Source: the human T2T-CHM13v2.0 reference genome, Homo sapiens. Taken from it: a stretch of DNA of 64,000 bases. The position numbers were made by a program, and so were the translations under genes. Every line of letters begins with the position of its first letter. Within the stretch, counting starts at the first letter, position 1. The notes under the pieces were generated by a model, which saw only the letters and a program-made list of their open reading frames with translations, did not search any database and was not told where the DNA came from. This document shows, piece by piece, positions 12,210 to 26,310 of the stretch. The stretch is from NCBI RefSeq assembly GCF_009914755.1, contig NC_060925.1. The stretch is one strand, 5' to 3'.

Positions 12210-12332
12210 TAAAACCACAAGCTCCATGAGGGCAGGGACCTCTATGCCCGTCCTGTTCACTGTTGTGTCCACAGTGCCTGGCATAGGACCTGGGCTTCAA
12301 AAATATTTGTTGGATGAATGAATGAATGAATT
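12210..12332 (+). mobile_element. L2 terminal fragment
   Basis: AAGCTCCATGAGGGCAGGGACC...TTCACTGTTGTGTCCACAGTGCCTGGC..ATATTTGTTGGATGAATGAATGAATGAA. Confidence 0.85.
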
Positions 12333-13117
12333 CACCTGTAAAGTATTGATTTTCCCTTACAAACAAAACAGAACAGACCTTGTAAACAGAAAAGAGTGTT
12401 GCCCCACAAAGGCATCCCCTTGGGAGACTATAAATAGTTTTTACAATAGCATCCCCATGGCATAAAATGTTGGGAATTTCTTTTGTGGAATTGTTTCCAG
12501 AGTCTAGAATATATTCTTCTGAATAGTTTCAAGGGTGGCCAATCAAGAAGAGTGAAAGGAAGATCTCCTGGAAGGGGTGTGGGAAGTGAGGCAGGATTTA
12601 AGCACCATCTTTTCCTTTGGGCACTGAGCAGACCCCCTGCCCACCCCCCAAGACCAGGCAGGACCATACATAAAGCTTGATCTGTCTGGAGAAGAAAATG
12701 AGAGCTGAACATGACAGCCTGGTGGCCTTCCCCCTACCCCAGGATTCTGCACAACCCTCTACCAGATTAACCCTCCTGCAGCTCATTACCATGCTGTCAT
12801 TTGCCTACTTTCAACCCTCTAATGGCTTCCAAACAGAGGCCAAGCCTCCCAGGCTGGCTTCTAAGGCCATGCAGGGTCTGACTCCATCTGTTCCAGACTC
12901 AAGTCCCATGACTCCCTTGTACAAACCTTTCCAGCAGGAAGAGGCTACTGTACTGAGACTCCCTGTGGGTTCCCACCCATCCTACAGATTGGGCTGTCAG
13001 AAACATGAAACAGGAAGGCATGGCAGCCAAGGAGGCTCATCTGGAGCCCCCACAGCACTAGAGATTGGGCGGTGAGAAATTGGAACAAAATTCCAATCAA
13101 GCTGTGACGCTCTAGAC

Positions 13118-13720
13118 CAGTGGTTCTCAACTCTGCCCACACATTAGAATCACTAGGGAAGCTGTGACAGGGTGTCCAGCTGGCCACCAGAGATTTATGA
13201 TTCCCTCCTAGCATTGCTTGAAAGTGGCTTCCCTGCCAAGGATTAGATTTCCTGACTTCTCTTGCATATAGATGGGCCCGTTGATGGAGCTCAGGCCAAT
13301 GTAGTGTGGGTGGATGTGGTGTGCCTCACTTCTAGGCCTGGCCGGTAAAAATCCTCCCAAGCAACCCTTCACTCTCTCTTTCCCCATCTGCTGACTAGAA
13401 ACCCAGCTCACCTTGGAAGCCGCATGTTGAAGACAACCGAGCTTCCATCCACTGGTCCTGAATGACTGTGTGGAACATAATCAGCCCAGGGCACAATAGA
13501 CTATGTAAGCAAGAAATCCTTCTCCTGAGTGAGGCCTCTAAGATTTAAAGGTTTATCCCTTACGGCCACTAAGATGACCTTAATTAATATAGGAGTTTTG
13601 AAAAAAGGCATGCCTGAGTCCCAATCCCAGATTCTGACTTAATTGATCGGGGATGGAACCCAGACACCAACGTGTTGTAAAAGCTACCCAGGTGATTCTA
13701 ATGTCAGGGTTGAGGACCAG
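13118..13720. mobile_element. MER5 (hAT-Charlie) split by an LTR insertion
   Basis: CAGTGGTTCTCAACT..CACATTAGAATCACTAGGGAAGC (13118-13162) resumes at ~13596 with CCCAGATTCTGACTTAATTG...CCCAGGTGATTCTAATGT..GGTTGAGGACCA. Confidence 0.8.
13163..13591 (+). mobile_element. MLT1-type MaLR LTR nested in MER5
   Basis: Starts TGTGACAG; ACATTTCC-like GATTTCCTGACTTCTCTTGCA; GGAAGCCGCATGTTGAAGA; ends TAATTAATATA; TSD-like GAAGC/GGAGT. Confidence 0.7.
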
Positions 13721-15029
13721 ATTTCAGGCTCAGAAGTATCCATGGATCTTCCCACAAGCGATTCAGCAAGTCATGGAGCCCTACTACATGCCAGGCCCTC
13801 TGCTGCTCCCTGGAAGTTTTGTCCCTAAAGCTGATCAAAGACCCAGCTTTGATCCCATATGCATGGCCATGGCTGGGAATCCTGTTGCCCAAGACTTGAA
13901 GGCAAGAGGAAGACTGGAAGGCCCCTTTGATTCCTCTAAGAGCCCTACCTTTCTCCCCCTCCCCACCCCAAGTCCTTGCCTACCACCAAGAAGAGGACAT
14001 AGAGGACAGAGTGCAGATTTGTCTGCAGTTGGAGAAAAGTTGAAGAGTCTCCTCTGGGCAGGTCATGATGCTACCCCAGGATACACCAATGCCTTCATAT
14101 AGTCCCACCAAAATTGGCAGACCCTTGGGATGGCTGGCAACGGAGACATAGTGATGATGAAGACATGTCCACTACCCTCAAATAACTCATAGTCTACTTG
14201 CAGATGTAGACTATGGTATTGAGGATGAAGCACAGGTGCCATCCAAAACCATCCTGGGTCCCCCCATCCCAGAGGCAGCACAGGATGATAGAAAAAACAC
14301 TGAACTCAGAGTCTGGATGCCCATGCTCTCATGCTGCCTCTAGCACTGTCTTGACCTGGTTGGAGAGAAGGGAGCAAAGAGAATGGGACAGGTGACGAAG
14401 ATAGGGAGAGGGCTGGGACTGGTCTCTACAGATCCTAGAATATGAGGCTCAGGGGCTTGGACTTCATTCTGTAGACTCTCAGGGGCCCTTGTGAGGTTTT
14501 GAGCAGGGGCAGGACATAGTCAGAATCATGGTTTGCAAAGGACTCTGTGATGGGGGATGGACTGGTTGGAAGGACAGAGGCATGTGAGAACCTGGTTGGA
14601 GGACTTAGTCATGAAGGCAGTGGCCAGTGATAGAGAAAAAGGTGACACCCCAAAGATCTCTGGAGCTCCCTCCTCAAGAGGCAGCAGGATCATTTGGAAA
14701 GAGAACTGGATTTGGAGTCTACACCTGCTGCTTCTTCAGCCCGAGAAGCTATTCCTCCCTCTCTTTATTCTCACCTTACAGCTCTGTTCAAAGACCACCT
14801 CCTCAGAGAGGCTGTTCCAGATTATTGTATCAAAGTGGATGTCTCAGTTTCTCCCTGCCACACCACCCCATGATTTCCTTTACTGCAATTTCATGATCTA
14901 TGACTATTATTCATTCACGTGTTTACATCTTTATTTCAAGTTCCATGGGGTCAGTGACCTTGTCTGTCCTGTTTACTGTAAATCCCTATCTCTGGGCACA
15001 GTACCTGGCACCTGGCAGATGTTTGCCTC

Positions 15030-15410
15030 TTCCTGTATTCATGCTTTTTGCCATGAACTTTGCAGTGCCCTCTCATGTGGGTGGGTGTATTTCTCACTTC
15101 TCCTTTTGAGTTTCGCCATGTGACCTGCTCTGACCAATCGAATGAGGTGAAGCAATGGTGTGCTAGCTCTAAGCCCAGGCCTCTGGAGGCCTTGTGTATT
15201 TCTGCTTGCTCTCTGCCACCACTGCCACAGCCATGAAGAGAACATGCCTAGGCCATCCCACTGGTCTCAGGAGCTGAAGGAGAAGGGGCATGTGAAGCAA
15301 AGCCACCTCCAGCCAACCGCAGCCTACATCTGCTGACCCACAGATCAATGGAAATGAATGATTGCTGTTTTAGGACATAGAGTTTGGGGAGTGGATTGTT
15401 AGGTAACATT
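15030..15410 (+). mobile_element. MLT1H/I-like MaLR LTR
   Basis: GCCATGTGACCTGCTCTGACCAATCGAATG...GCCATGAAGAGAACATGCCTAGG...TTGCTGTTTTAGG..GAGTTTGGGGAGTGGATTGTTA. Confidence 0.75.
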
Positions 15411-15929
15411 CTCCTCCACCTGTAAAATTAAGAGGCCGCTAGTTGAAGCATCTCCCCTAAAGGTCTCTGGTTTTTCTCTAAACATGGCGGCTCCCAACTT
15501 TCCAGTCCTACCTCTTCTGCCTTCCTGAAAAATGGCTTTCCCTTCTCACACGCTCTGCCTTTGCCTCAGCCCTCATAAATAACCATGTGGCATCCACTTC
15601 TAGGGGCCAAGTTCATGGCTCCCATGAGCCCCACTTTCAAGACACCTCTTCAGTGGCTTCCGCTTTGCCTGCTTCACTGCGGCCTGGGGGCATGAACAGC
15701 TAAAAGCCCTTCTTGGGTTCTGATGTGCAAATCAGAGAGCCCCAGATGGCTGAAGAAGAGCCTGTCCTTGCCAGGACTGCCCTGCCCCACATCCCAGGTG
15801 AGATCAGGGAGGGCAGCTGGGCTGGATTTGGAATACAGGGTGCCCATTTGGCCAGGGTGCGAACAGAAGTGAGTCAGAACCTCAGGTCGTGGAATTCTAA
15901 GGCTGGAGGGAACTTCAAAGACCATTTGA

Positions 15930-16060
15930 GACCATTTCTCACCTAACATATGGGCAAACTGAGGCACACGGAAGTAAAGAGACTTGCCCAACCATTCAGT
16001 GGCAGAGTCAGGAACCAGATTTCCTGACTCCCAGCCCAGTGCTCATTCCCCGGCACCTGG
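15930..16060 (-). mobile_element. MIR
   Basis: ATATGGGCAAACTGAGGCACACGGAAGTAAAGAGACTTGCCCAA..GTGGCAGAGTCAGGA..CCTGACTCCCAGCCCAGTGCTC. Confidence 0.75.
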
Positions 16061-16759
16061 CTGGTCACAAGCAGGGAAGAGCACAAGCAAAGGTTTGGAG
16101 GCTGGAGGTGCGGATTCATTCAACACCATGTCCAGATCACCCGCAGGCAAGGGGCATCCACCATAGGCCAGGTTTTGTGCTAGGGCTAGGGGGTAGGGGG
16201 CAGATCTATTGGATGTCAATTCCCATAGTGGGGAGCTTATGCCAGGATCTATGCTGGGTGAGCAACTTTGAGTGCCAACAAGGGCCGGGCCATGGATTGA
16301 CTGAGTGCTTACTATGTGCAGGTTCTGTGCCAAGTGCCACCCACTTGATGGCCAATGGCTGAAATACTCTGACCACCTCTGTCTCCCTGCTAGTCGCTGT
16401 GCCCTCCTTCGAACCTCTCTAATTGGCAGCCTCTTTCTGCCTCTGATCCTTTGTGTCTCTTGCTCTCTTTGCATCTCTGTTCCTGCTTCCTGTATGTATG
16501 TCTCTCTCTAGTCTCCCACCTCTTTCTCTTGGTCTCTGGATGAACCCCCTTTTCTCTCTGGGGTTGTATGATTCTTCTCTCTCTTGCTTGTGTTCTCATT
16601 TTCTTCTCTCTGTGTGTCTCTTTGTGTCTGTGATCCTACCACCCTCCATATCTCTGTCTCTCTCTCCCAGTCTGTCTCCCCTTCCTCCATTTTTGTACCC
16701 TCCACCCTGGGTTCCTGTCCAGTGTCCTCCCCCTGCCCACCCCGGGCTCTGTTCTCTGC

Positions 16760-17035
16760 CAGCTACAATTACAAGTGCATCTGCTGAAGTAGTCAAGCTC
16801 TTTTTCCATGGTAGGGTAACAAGGGGCTGTATGTTTGCAGCCACTGACTGGAAATACTGAATTCTTTTTCAGCAAAGAAAGACGAGCACCCTCTTGGTTT
16901 ATAAATATTAATTATAGGCACCCGGTAATGAGAGAACAGGGCAGCTGTTGGCTGTGATCTCTGACTGTTTGACTAATCCTAGAGACAGTTTAAACAAGAC
17001 AGTTATTGCCTGACGGGAAAAGGAATTAGGGTGCT
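16760..17035. promoter_or_regulatory. Candidate enhancer-like block
   Basis: Repeat-free; TTTATAAATATTAATTATA, TAATGA, TAATCC, TGTTTG(A)C/TAAACA forkhead-like cores, CAGCTG. Confidence 0.4.
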
Positions 17036-18309
17036 GTGGTCCTTCCAGAAAGATCAGCTTAGGAAATCCAGGAGAAGCATGATCTCACCGAGGACACTAG
17101 AAGAGTAGCCTTGGGCAAAGCCTCTTCCCCTCTGGGCCCCAATTTCCCCCTTTATCCTACAGGGCCCTTCTGGCTCTGACCTTTACTATGTGGAGGTCCT
17201 GTTTGGGGAGGCAGCTGGACAGAGTATTTCAGGGCATCTGCCCAGCAGGGAGCATGGTCCCAACAGGGGGAAGGCCAGCACAGGGGAAAAGGTCTGAGAG
17301 TCAGTCAGGACAGCATCTGGCTCCTCGTCGTTGGGGTGACACATGGGTCTGTCCTAGTTTGAATCAACTCCTTCCCAGGAAAAGATCCTGGCTTGAGACA
17401 AAACCTGAAGCATAAACGGAGGTGTGTCAGTTCCATGTTGCAAGCCAGATGTTCTGGACCTAGCACTGGCTGGGCAGGTCTTCCAGATACCTCAGTTTTG
17501 CTTTCTGCAAAATGGGAGTAATGAGGAGGAACTTTTTGCAGCTCTTTTGATGCCAGAAAAATCTATCTAAATTGAATCTGAGAAGTCCCAGACTGCCTGT
17601 GTCTGCCAGAAGCCATTTGACAATTGCCCTATCTCCAAGCTCATGCCTCAATTCGACAGTTATTGACATTGCTATGTGTAAAGCAAGGAAGTCACTCCCG
17701 ATGCACAACCAGGAAGAAGGTTGGTTGGGGGAAGAGGAGCAATGTCTGGAACAGAGCGTGCCTCTGAGACGTCCCCAGTCAAGGTCCCCACATAGAAGAA
17801 AAGTAGGCTATTCCTTCTAGAACACATTTTCTAAAACTCCCTCACCCCTGGGGAGATGTTTAAATTTGTAAAACACTAAGCCATTTATCATCTCATGGAA
17901 ACACAAGCCAGCCTGCAGGAGAGCCAGTGCGAAGCACGCACTGCCCGTTTGAAGGAAGCAGAACCTGGGCTGCGAGGTGTCCTGGTCTCTTGCCCAAGAC
18001 CATTCATCTAGGAGGCAGCTGAGCTGGAAGTCAAGCCCTGGTTCATGATCCCAAAACCCAGCTGAGGCTCCTCCCTAGGCTCCCAGCTCCATCAGCCCAC
18101 AGCAACGCCAAGGTGGGCACAGCCCAAGTGAGCATCCTTAGAGGCTGGGACTAGCCCCTCCTCTTCTATCATTCTGCCCTCCCACCATCGCAGAGGAGCC
18201 CGGGCTTGGGCCACTGATGGTGCTTACAAAACGTAAGCAGAAAGAAAAGGAAGGAAAGAATGTTCTTCCAGGTTTCAGTTGTGTTTCCACCAGTCTCTGA
18301 CTGATACTT

Positions 18310-18520
18310 ACAGGAACAGGTACCTGGATTCACATCCTGGCTCTACTGTGGATGTATGAGAACTTGGGCAAAGTCCTTAAGCTCTCTGTGCCTCGGTTTT
18401 CTTTTTTGTTTATTTATTTTTATTGTGTCTCAGTTTTCTGACCTTAAAATGAGAATGATATTAGGACCAACTTCATTGTCATATCGCGTTATAAAAGTGT
18501 CAGCTGTTATTACTAATAAC
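18310..18520 (+). mobile_element. MIR
   Basis: CCTGGATTCACATCCTGGCTCTAC..CTTGGGCAAAGTCCTTAAGCTCTCTGTGCCTCGGTTTTC. Confidence 0.75.
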
Positions 18521-19609
18521 CGTCTCTAGTCCTGCCTACTTTCAGAGCTCAGAAGCCAGTTTACCCAATTTCACCTGAAGTCAAATGAGGGGGGAACATT
18601 AGGCTGCTCTCTTATGTTATGCGGCATTGCGTCAGAGGTTGAGCTGAGGGGTCCGGCTCAACTCCTACACTTGTGGAGCCAGAGGCTGGGGAGGACCCTT
18701 GTCTATTGCCCTCTGTTCCCTGAGAGCTTGATCTGTGGAAAGACCCTGCAGGCCCTATCCTGGTTGACCCCGAATGGGAGGAATAAAAGCTTAGGGTTCT
18801 GCCTTGCCACGGGCTCTGTGCCTTGTAGCAAATTCCTGCCACAATCCCATAGGCTTGGAAGGAACAGAGTGGGGGGCAACTTGCTTAAGAAAACCCGAAG
18901 CTCTGAGCGCCCCCGCTATCCCCCTCCTTGGCCCAGGCCAGACTAAACACCTCTGCAGAACCGTTTCAACTCCAAGTACAGATGCCGCCACCAGAGCCAG
19001 TCCTTGGGGAGCCTCAGGCTGGGCTTGCACACAGATCAGAGCAGGGTGGCCCAGGTGGCCAGAGTAGCAGCGACAGCTTTGGGGAAAGAGGCTGGGCACG
19101 TCCTTCCCTGCATTCTTTCTCTTCCAGCCTTCCTGAGCTGCTTGACGGGGCTCACAGGTCTTAAGTCTTCATAGGGGCCAGGGCCCCACATTACATCCTC
19201 TCCTACGCCTTCAGAAGAGGCAAGCGGGCTCAAAGGCTAGCACTGGGCCCATACTCAGGCTGGGCTGCTGGAGGCTCCAGCCTGCCATTCCCAGATCTTC
19301 TTGACACTCTCCCCTAGAAGTTTGCAGCCTTGGCAAAATCTGTGTGTGCAGCCCCTTACATCTGTGTGATCCCCCCCTTCATCCCCCTCCTTCTGGCCCT
19401 CCCACCACCCTCTCCTCCCCAGTGAGCCAGACAAGAGAAGAACTGTTTCTGCCTGTAAGCAGCACCCTCACAGCTCCCCCTAAAGATTTACAGGAAAATC
19501 TTCCGGCAGATTCAAAAGGAGGCCATGAGCTCAGTGCCAGTCGTTCAAATTTTCCACCTGAATTGATTCGTCTGCACATTCAGAGAACTCACACCCATTC
19601 CATCAGCCA

Positions 19610-20620
<1,011 letters not shown>

Positions 20621-20719
20621 GCACATCCAAGTCTGGGCAGTTTATGTAACTTTTCCTTTTCTTCTCGAGCATTTATCCAGCCTAGAAATTTTAGAGCAAG
20701 CACTTTCCCTTATTTCTAT

Positions 20720-20900
20720 TCAACCTGAAAGCGGCAGTCGAATCCAGCTTGCATGGTATTGAAATGCAGGTGGCCTGTGCAACAGTGTTGCTAAAATTAC
20801 CAAAACTAACCACACCAGGGAAGGGCCATTATCAGAAACAGATTTTATTACCATGGAAACCAGCAGATAATGCCAAGTCCAGTCATTTTTATTCTCCGAA
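20720..20900. promoter_or_regulatory. Candidate enhancer with RFX X-box
   Basis: ATTACCATGGAAAC at 20847-20860 (X-box consensus GTTRCCATGGYAAC); CCATTATC, GATAAT, TTTTATT. Confidence 0.4.
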
Positions 20901-21962
20901 AAGAGAGAGAGACAAGGAGAGAGAAAAAGAGAAACAGAGAGAGCAGCAGCAGGAGAGGAGCGCAGTTGAAATGGAGTGAGAATGCCGGAGACGCCTGGAA
21001 GAGGGGTGGCGAGCTGGGGAATGACTGCGGGGCTCGTGCCACACATGCCTCTGTCCATCCATACACTTCGCCAGCATGTACGGAATTCATGCTACCTGCC
21101 ACAAGAAGCTAGCAGGAAGCAGCCAGAAATGGCAGAAATGGCTTTGCAGTGTGACTTCCACCATGGGTCTAAAATGTGGGAAACTGTGCAAATGCCCCAG
21201 AAAGAGCTACCTAGGGTGTATTTCAGTGCAACCCTGGTGATCTCTACAGAGAGCACTGAACTTGGGATCAGAAGCCCCAGCTTTGAGGTCAGGCTCTGCC
21301 TAGAGTGGCTTGTGACCTTGGGCAAGGTCACAGAAATTCTCAGAGCCTCAGTTTATTTATGTGTCTGAAGAGGGACCTCCTGGGGGTGGCTGTGAGAGTC
21401 TGGTGTGCATGGGTGCCAGGGCGTTTTGTAACTGTAGAGGGCTGTGGGCACAGAACGCCCTGCAGGTTCCAGGATTCTTACCCCTGGGTCTCTACTTTGT
21501 CCCCTGATTTGAGGAGTTCCTTCCAACCACACACAGCTTTCTGGCCTTCTGCAGCCTGTGGAATGCATCCCCAGCCCACACAGCCCCAAAAGAGGAGAGC
21601 AGGGCAGGAGGCCCTGGTGAGAGTTTTGATGGAGTGGAGGGGTGGATGCTGCTGAGAAGAGGGGTGACAGGAGAGTCAGGATGAGTACGGTTTTGTGAAC
21701 AGGGCTGAGACAAGGTTTTGACTGGATCACCGTAAGGGAAAGGAAAAACCAAGGACAGAGTGGGAGGAAGCAGGTGAGACAGAATGAGGAGAGCCAGGTG
21801 ACCCTAGGGAAGGGGACTTGTCAATAGCCTAGGATCCTGAGGAAGTAGTAAGTGGGAGGTTTTAGCTGCCCAAGTGTGTAGTACAGGGGAGAACAGGTGA
21901 AAGGGAGTCACAGAATATCCGCAAAGACCCATAACATCACAGGCGCATACACAAAGGGCATC

Positions 21963-22071
21963 CAGCCCTTGCTCCTCGAAGCGTGCATCACCTGAGAGCT
22001 GGCTAGAAATACAGACTCTGCCCCAGACCTCCTGATGATTCATCTGTATGCTCAAGTTTAAAAGGCATTGG
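21963..22071. mobile_element. Internally deleted MER5A
   Basis: GCATCACCTGAGAGCTGGCTAGAAATACAGACTCT..CCCCAGACC..TGATTCATCTGTATGCTCAAGTTTAAAAGGCATTG. Confidence 0.7.
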
Positions 22072-22079
22072 TCTAAGTC

Positions 22080-22265
22080 CTTTCCCTTCTCTAAGTCTCA
22101 GTTTCTTCATCTATAAAATTGGAATCATAATACCCTTCCAGTCTCACAGGGCTATTTGGAGGATTGAAAAAAAACAAAAATGTTTGAATGAATCACTTTG
22201 AAAAATTAAAAGCACCATATTGAATATAAGATATTGTTTTACTATTACGTATTTATTATTATTAT
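22080..22265 (+). mobile_element. MIR
   Basis: CTCTAAGTCTCAGTTTCTTCATCTATAAAATTGGAATCATAATACC. Confidence 0.8.
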
Positions 22266-22274
22266 ATACAGGCA

Positions 22275-22570
22275 GCCCCAATCTCCCAGGGCAACAAGGC
22301 GCTCTCATAACAAAATGACTTGATTAGACCGTTCTCCTAAAAACACTGCTCCCCAGCTAGCATTTTTCCTATCAGCGTGCCTCTTCTTGCAGCTGCATAT
22401 TAAATCTTCATCCCATCAGCACTTGACTGAATTTGTAGAAACAAAATGGAAGAGGGAACTCAGGCATGAATTAGCAGTTTAAGACAGGAATGAGATTACG
22501 ATAAAATCCCCACTCTCTCCATCCATCAAAATGTAATAAGAATAGAAACTAATGTGAAAATATCAACATG
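22275..22570. promoter_or_regulatory. Candidate enhancer-like block
   Basis: Repeat-free; RFX half-site GGGCAAC, TGATTA, ATATTAAAT, ATGAATTAG, GATTAC. Confidence 0.4.
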
Positions 22571-23239
22571 ACCTATTGCTTCGATCCTGGCACTGCCATC
22601 CTTTATGATCGAGCCTTGCAAGATGCAAGCATCTCATTTCACTGTAAGCGTCACGGTTTAGGCAGGGGACACAAACCATGTCCGAGACAGCCTGCACACT
22701 TAGGCAGATCCCTCTCGGGGAAACGGGAAGGGACCAAATATGACGCGGTTCCCTGACTTTCCAAGTCACGGAGAATGAGAATGAATCAGAGGTGACTTGG
22801 TCTGAAGGGTGTTTGGTTTTGCTTTCAATTCTGTCTGTGGATATAGAAACCCCAGCTCCATCAAAGGATCGTGGAAGATGCCCAGAGAGGACATTTCTGA
22901 AGTTTCAAATGTCTCCAGGAGCCTCTGCTCCTTGGTTGCAGCAGAAATGGTGGCCCCATGTACCAGCCTCATACCATCATGGCAGAAAACCTTGTGTACC
23001 TGCACGGGCATCATGGGATATAGAGCATGTTCCTGGAGACAGTGGTGCGGCCACTGATCCCTACAGTGGCAGGTGAGGAACAGACGAACTCAGATAAGCA
23101 ATGGGACTTGCTCAAGGACACACAGCAAGTAAGGGTTAGACTCCAGGTCTGCCAGACTCCTTGTCCATTGCCCTTCAAACAGCATCACATTGACAGAGAG
23201 GTGCCAGGACCGAGCTCAGGTTAGAAGTACACAAAACAT

Positions 23240-23725
23240 GAGCAGCAGTACCTGCCTCTGGGAACTCAATGCCTCACTCCCATCTGAGCTCATTCTCCCT
23301 CCAACCTCCCACCTCCATTCTGCCATGGCCACCTGCTTCCTCTTGCTCCATAAAAGCACTGAATTTTCTTTCCAATCACAGACTTTGAACAGTCTCTTCC
23401 CTGGAATGCTTTTCCTCCCACCGTTCACTGGGACCACTCCCTGTCCATCAAGTCTCACCTGAGGTACCACCTCCTCAAAGAAGCCCTCCCAGATACACCT
23501 TCTCCCTACACCCTTTCCTCCGCTTCAGGACTCTCAGTTAATTCACTTTCATATCAGCCTGTGCTATGCCCCTGTAGCACATTTCTCAATAGTAGTTAAA
23601 TCATTGTTTGTGTTATTACTTGGTATTTATCACCTCCATGGGACAGCAAGCTATAAAGTATAACTCTCTGGATACTCTGTCTTGTTTACCATTGTATGCC
23701 CAGCACCTAGCACAAGACTTGCCAC
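23240..23725 (+). mobile_element. L2
   Basis: CCTGGAATGCTTTTCCTCC..CACCTCCTCAAAGAAGCCCTCCC...TGTCTTGTTTACCATTGTATGCCCAGCACCTAGCACA. Confidence 0.75.
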
Positions 23726-23729
23726 TTAT

Positions 23730-24490
23730 TCTTCCACTTATTCAAAAGTGTTTATTGAATACCTACTATGTGCCAAGCACTGACAGCATCCCTGTTTGCA
23801 TGGAAGCTTCATTCTAGTGGAGGAGCATATACAATAAACAAACCTATGTCTGGTGATGATGAGTGTGAGAAGAAAAAGAGAACAGGGTGTGCCAACTTTT
23901 GAGCTGATGTTCAGGAATTCTCTTAGAGGTGACATTTGAGCAGAGCCTGGGAGGAAGCGAGAGGATGAGATACACAAACACTGAAGGGAACAGCATTCCA
24001 CACAGCAGGATCAGTAACTGCAGGAGCCCAGGGGCTGGTCTGTGCATGGCATGTTCCTACAGGTTGGGGTGAGAGGGCAGTGGAGAAGGTGGGTCAGAGA
24101 GGTCGGGGGGCCCAGTGTTGAAAACTTTAGAGTTGACTCTGTGTGAGAGAGGAAGCCATTGGAGGGTTGTGAGCAGAGGGAGGACTTGATCTGACTTTGA
24201 TTCTAGAAGGACAGCTCTGGGTACTGTGCAGAGACCACCCAGAGGGTTCAAGGGCAGGAGCAGGAGAACCTGCTGAGAGGCTACTGCACCAGTCCAGGTA
24301 AAAGGTTGTGGTGGCTTGGACCAGAAGAGTAGCAATGAAGGTGGAAGAAGAGTATGGACTGCAGGTATATTCTGCAGATGGAGTCAACGGGGTTTGCTAA
24401 GGGATTAAATGTTGGGTATAATGGCATGAAAGGAGTCAAGGATGATGCCACAGATGCTGGCCTGAGAAACTGGAAAAATGGAGCTTCTGT
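23730..24490 (-). mobile_element. L2
   Basis: TTTATTGAATACCTACTATGTGCCAAGCACTG...GGAAGCCATTGGAGGGTTGTGAGCAGAGG...GGAGTCAAGGATGATGCC. Confidence 0.85.
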
Positions 24491-26258
24491 AAACCAATAA
24501 ATTACCTTTTATGTTTAAGCCCAGTTGAACTAGGGTTTATCACTTGGAATTTTTTTTAAATATTGAGTAATTCAGAGACTAACCAACAGGCCAGAGGTAG
24601 CAAGGTAGGAAGTAGAGAGGAAGGGACAGATAGGGGGAGGACAGGAAAGTGCCCGACTGGATGCAGCAGAGAGTGGGGCCTCGAGATGGAACAAAGAGGA
24701 CTCTGGGATCGCCTCCCCAGGAGCTGGGGAGGATAGCAGCCTCAATCATGGGAAGCACAGACTCAACTGAGTATGCCTTTTCCTTTTTAATTTGAGGCAC
24801 CAGCTGCTGGAAACGTGGGATTGGAGCCTTGGAGGGAAACCAGAGCTCCCAGGTAATACATGCTTTCAATAAGCCAAGCACAGGGTGAAGCTCACATGTA
24901 CTGTGTTGCTAAGCACTGCAAAGCTTTGTCAGATTAGTGTCGCTGCTCCCATTTTACAGACGAGGAAATAGAGGCTCAGAGAAGCTATGGGGCCTGCCCA
25001 AAGCCACACAATTAGAAATAGACTTGGAACCACCCAGGAGAAAGTAAGTCTTTTGCCTATAGGTGACATTAGGAACACCTCGGCTGGAGGTCAAAAGACA
25101 CTGGCTCCTTGAGTGACCTTGGGAGCTCATCCTCCTCTCTGCACTCCGCTTCCCCATCTGGGAAATGCCAAGATTTGGCTTGTTGATCTCAGACTCACTC
25201 AGCCCTCCTCCCTCCTGTTCTGTCTTCAGAGAACCAGGACAGGCAGAAATGATCCGTCCGCCACACAGCTTGGGCACCTACTGTGTACAGTACCTTGTCT
25301 TGGGAAGAGGGAGGGAGGAGGAGCCTGGAGCCCACCTTCAGAGGACTCCCAGAATGCTTGGGGCTGGGAGCGCAGGGCCTTAGCAGACAGCACTGCCAGG
25401 AGGGACCGGGGAGCCAAGCCAAGCTCCTGCACACAAATCGCTCCCGGCATATGCTCCTCATTTCATACATCATTTGCAAGGAGCTGCAGCCATTTTGCAA
25501 AGTCTCTTCCTGCTCCAGGAGCATCTGGGCTTTGGCTTCTGTCTTTTCTGCTCGGTCTCCTTTCCTTTATGTTGTCCCCTTCCACTGCCACCAGCAGCCA
25601 CAGGCAATACTTCTCTGTAGGTTTGGGAGATCCAGGTGGAGGTGAGCAGAGTAACTTTCCCCTGGAGGACTCGATGGTGTAAAGAGTGTGCATGGTACAG
25701 GCAGTCCTGGGAGACGCACACCACTAGGGTGGAGCGAGAAGTGTGAGTGATGCCTCTGGGAGGCTGCACCAAGTAAGATAAGGAATGGCTGCATTGGGAT
25801 TCACCGAGTAACACACACACTGCCAGAATTAGGCTCCCACAAGGAACTGTTATGATACAGTAATGTGGAAAAATGTCCATGGTATGGTCCACTGCAGGTT
25901 GGGAATATCGCCATCAAGTTAGGTTTCAGGGAGTAGCTCGCTATCTTGGAAGGGCTGGGGGATGTGAGTAATACCACCGTTGGGGGCTTTGCAATGTAGG
26001 CAATGTGCAGAAAGTGCAGACCCATGACTTGTTCAAGTTATATCCAGGGCTTACTGCATAGTAGATGCTCAATGAATATTTGCTAAGCAAATGGATAAAT
26101 GAACTGAGTGAATAACACTGTGCCCAGATACACTGAGTGATGGGACCCAATATTGCCAAGGATTCCTCCCAGCACTGCCCCCAGGGCCTTCCCTGGACAT
26201 CAGGAACCACAGATGCAATGGAAATGGGTCATCTGACCCAATTAGAGGGACCAATTCC

Positions 26259-26310
26259 ATCTCTCTCTCTCTCTCTATTTCTTTCTTTCTCTCTCTCTCT
26301 CTCTCTCTCT
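26259..26310 (+). repeat. (CT)n/(CTTT)n microsatellite
   Basis: Interrupted CT dinucleotide run. Confidence 0.9.
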
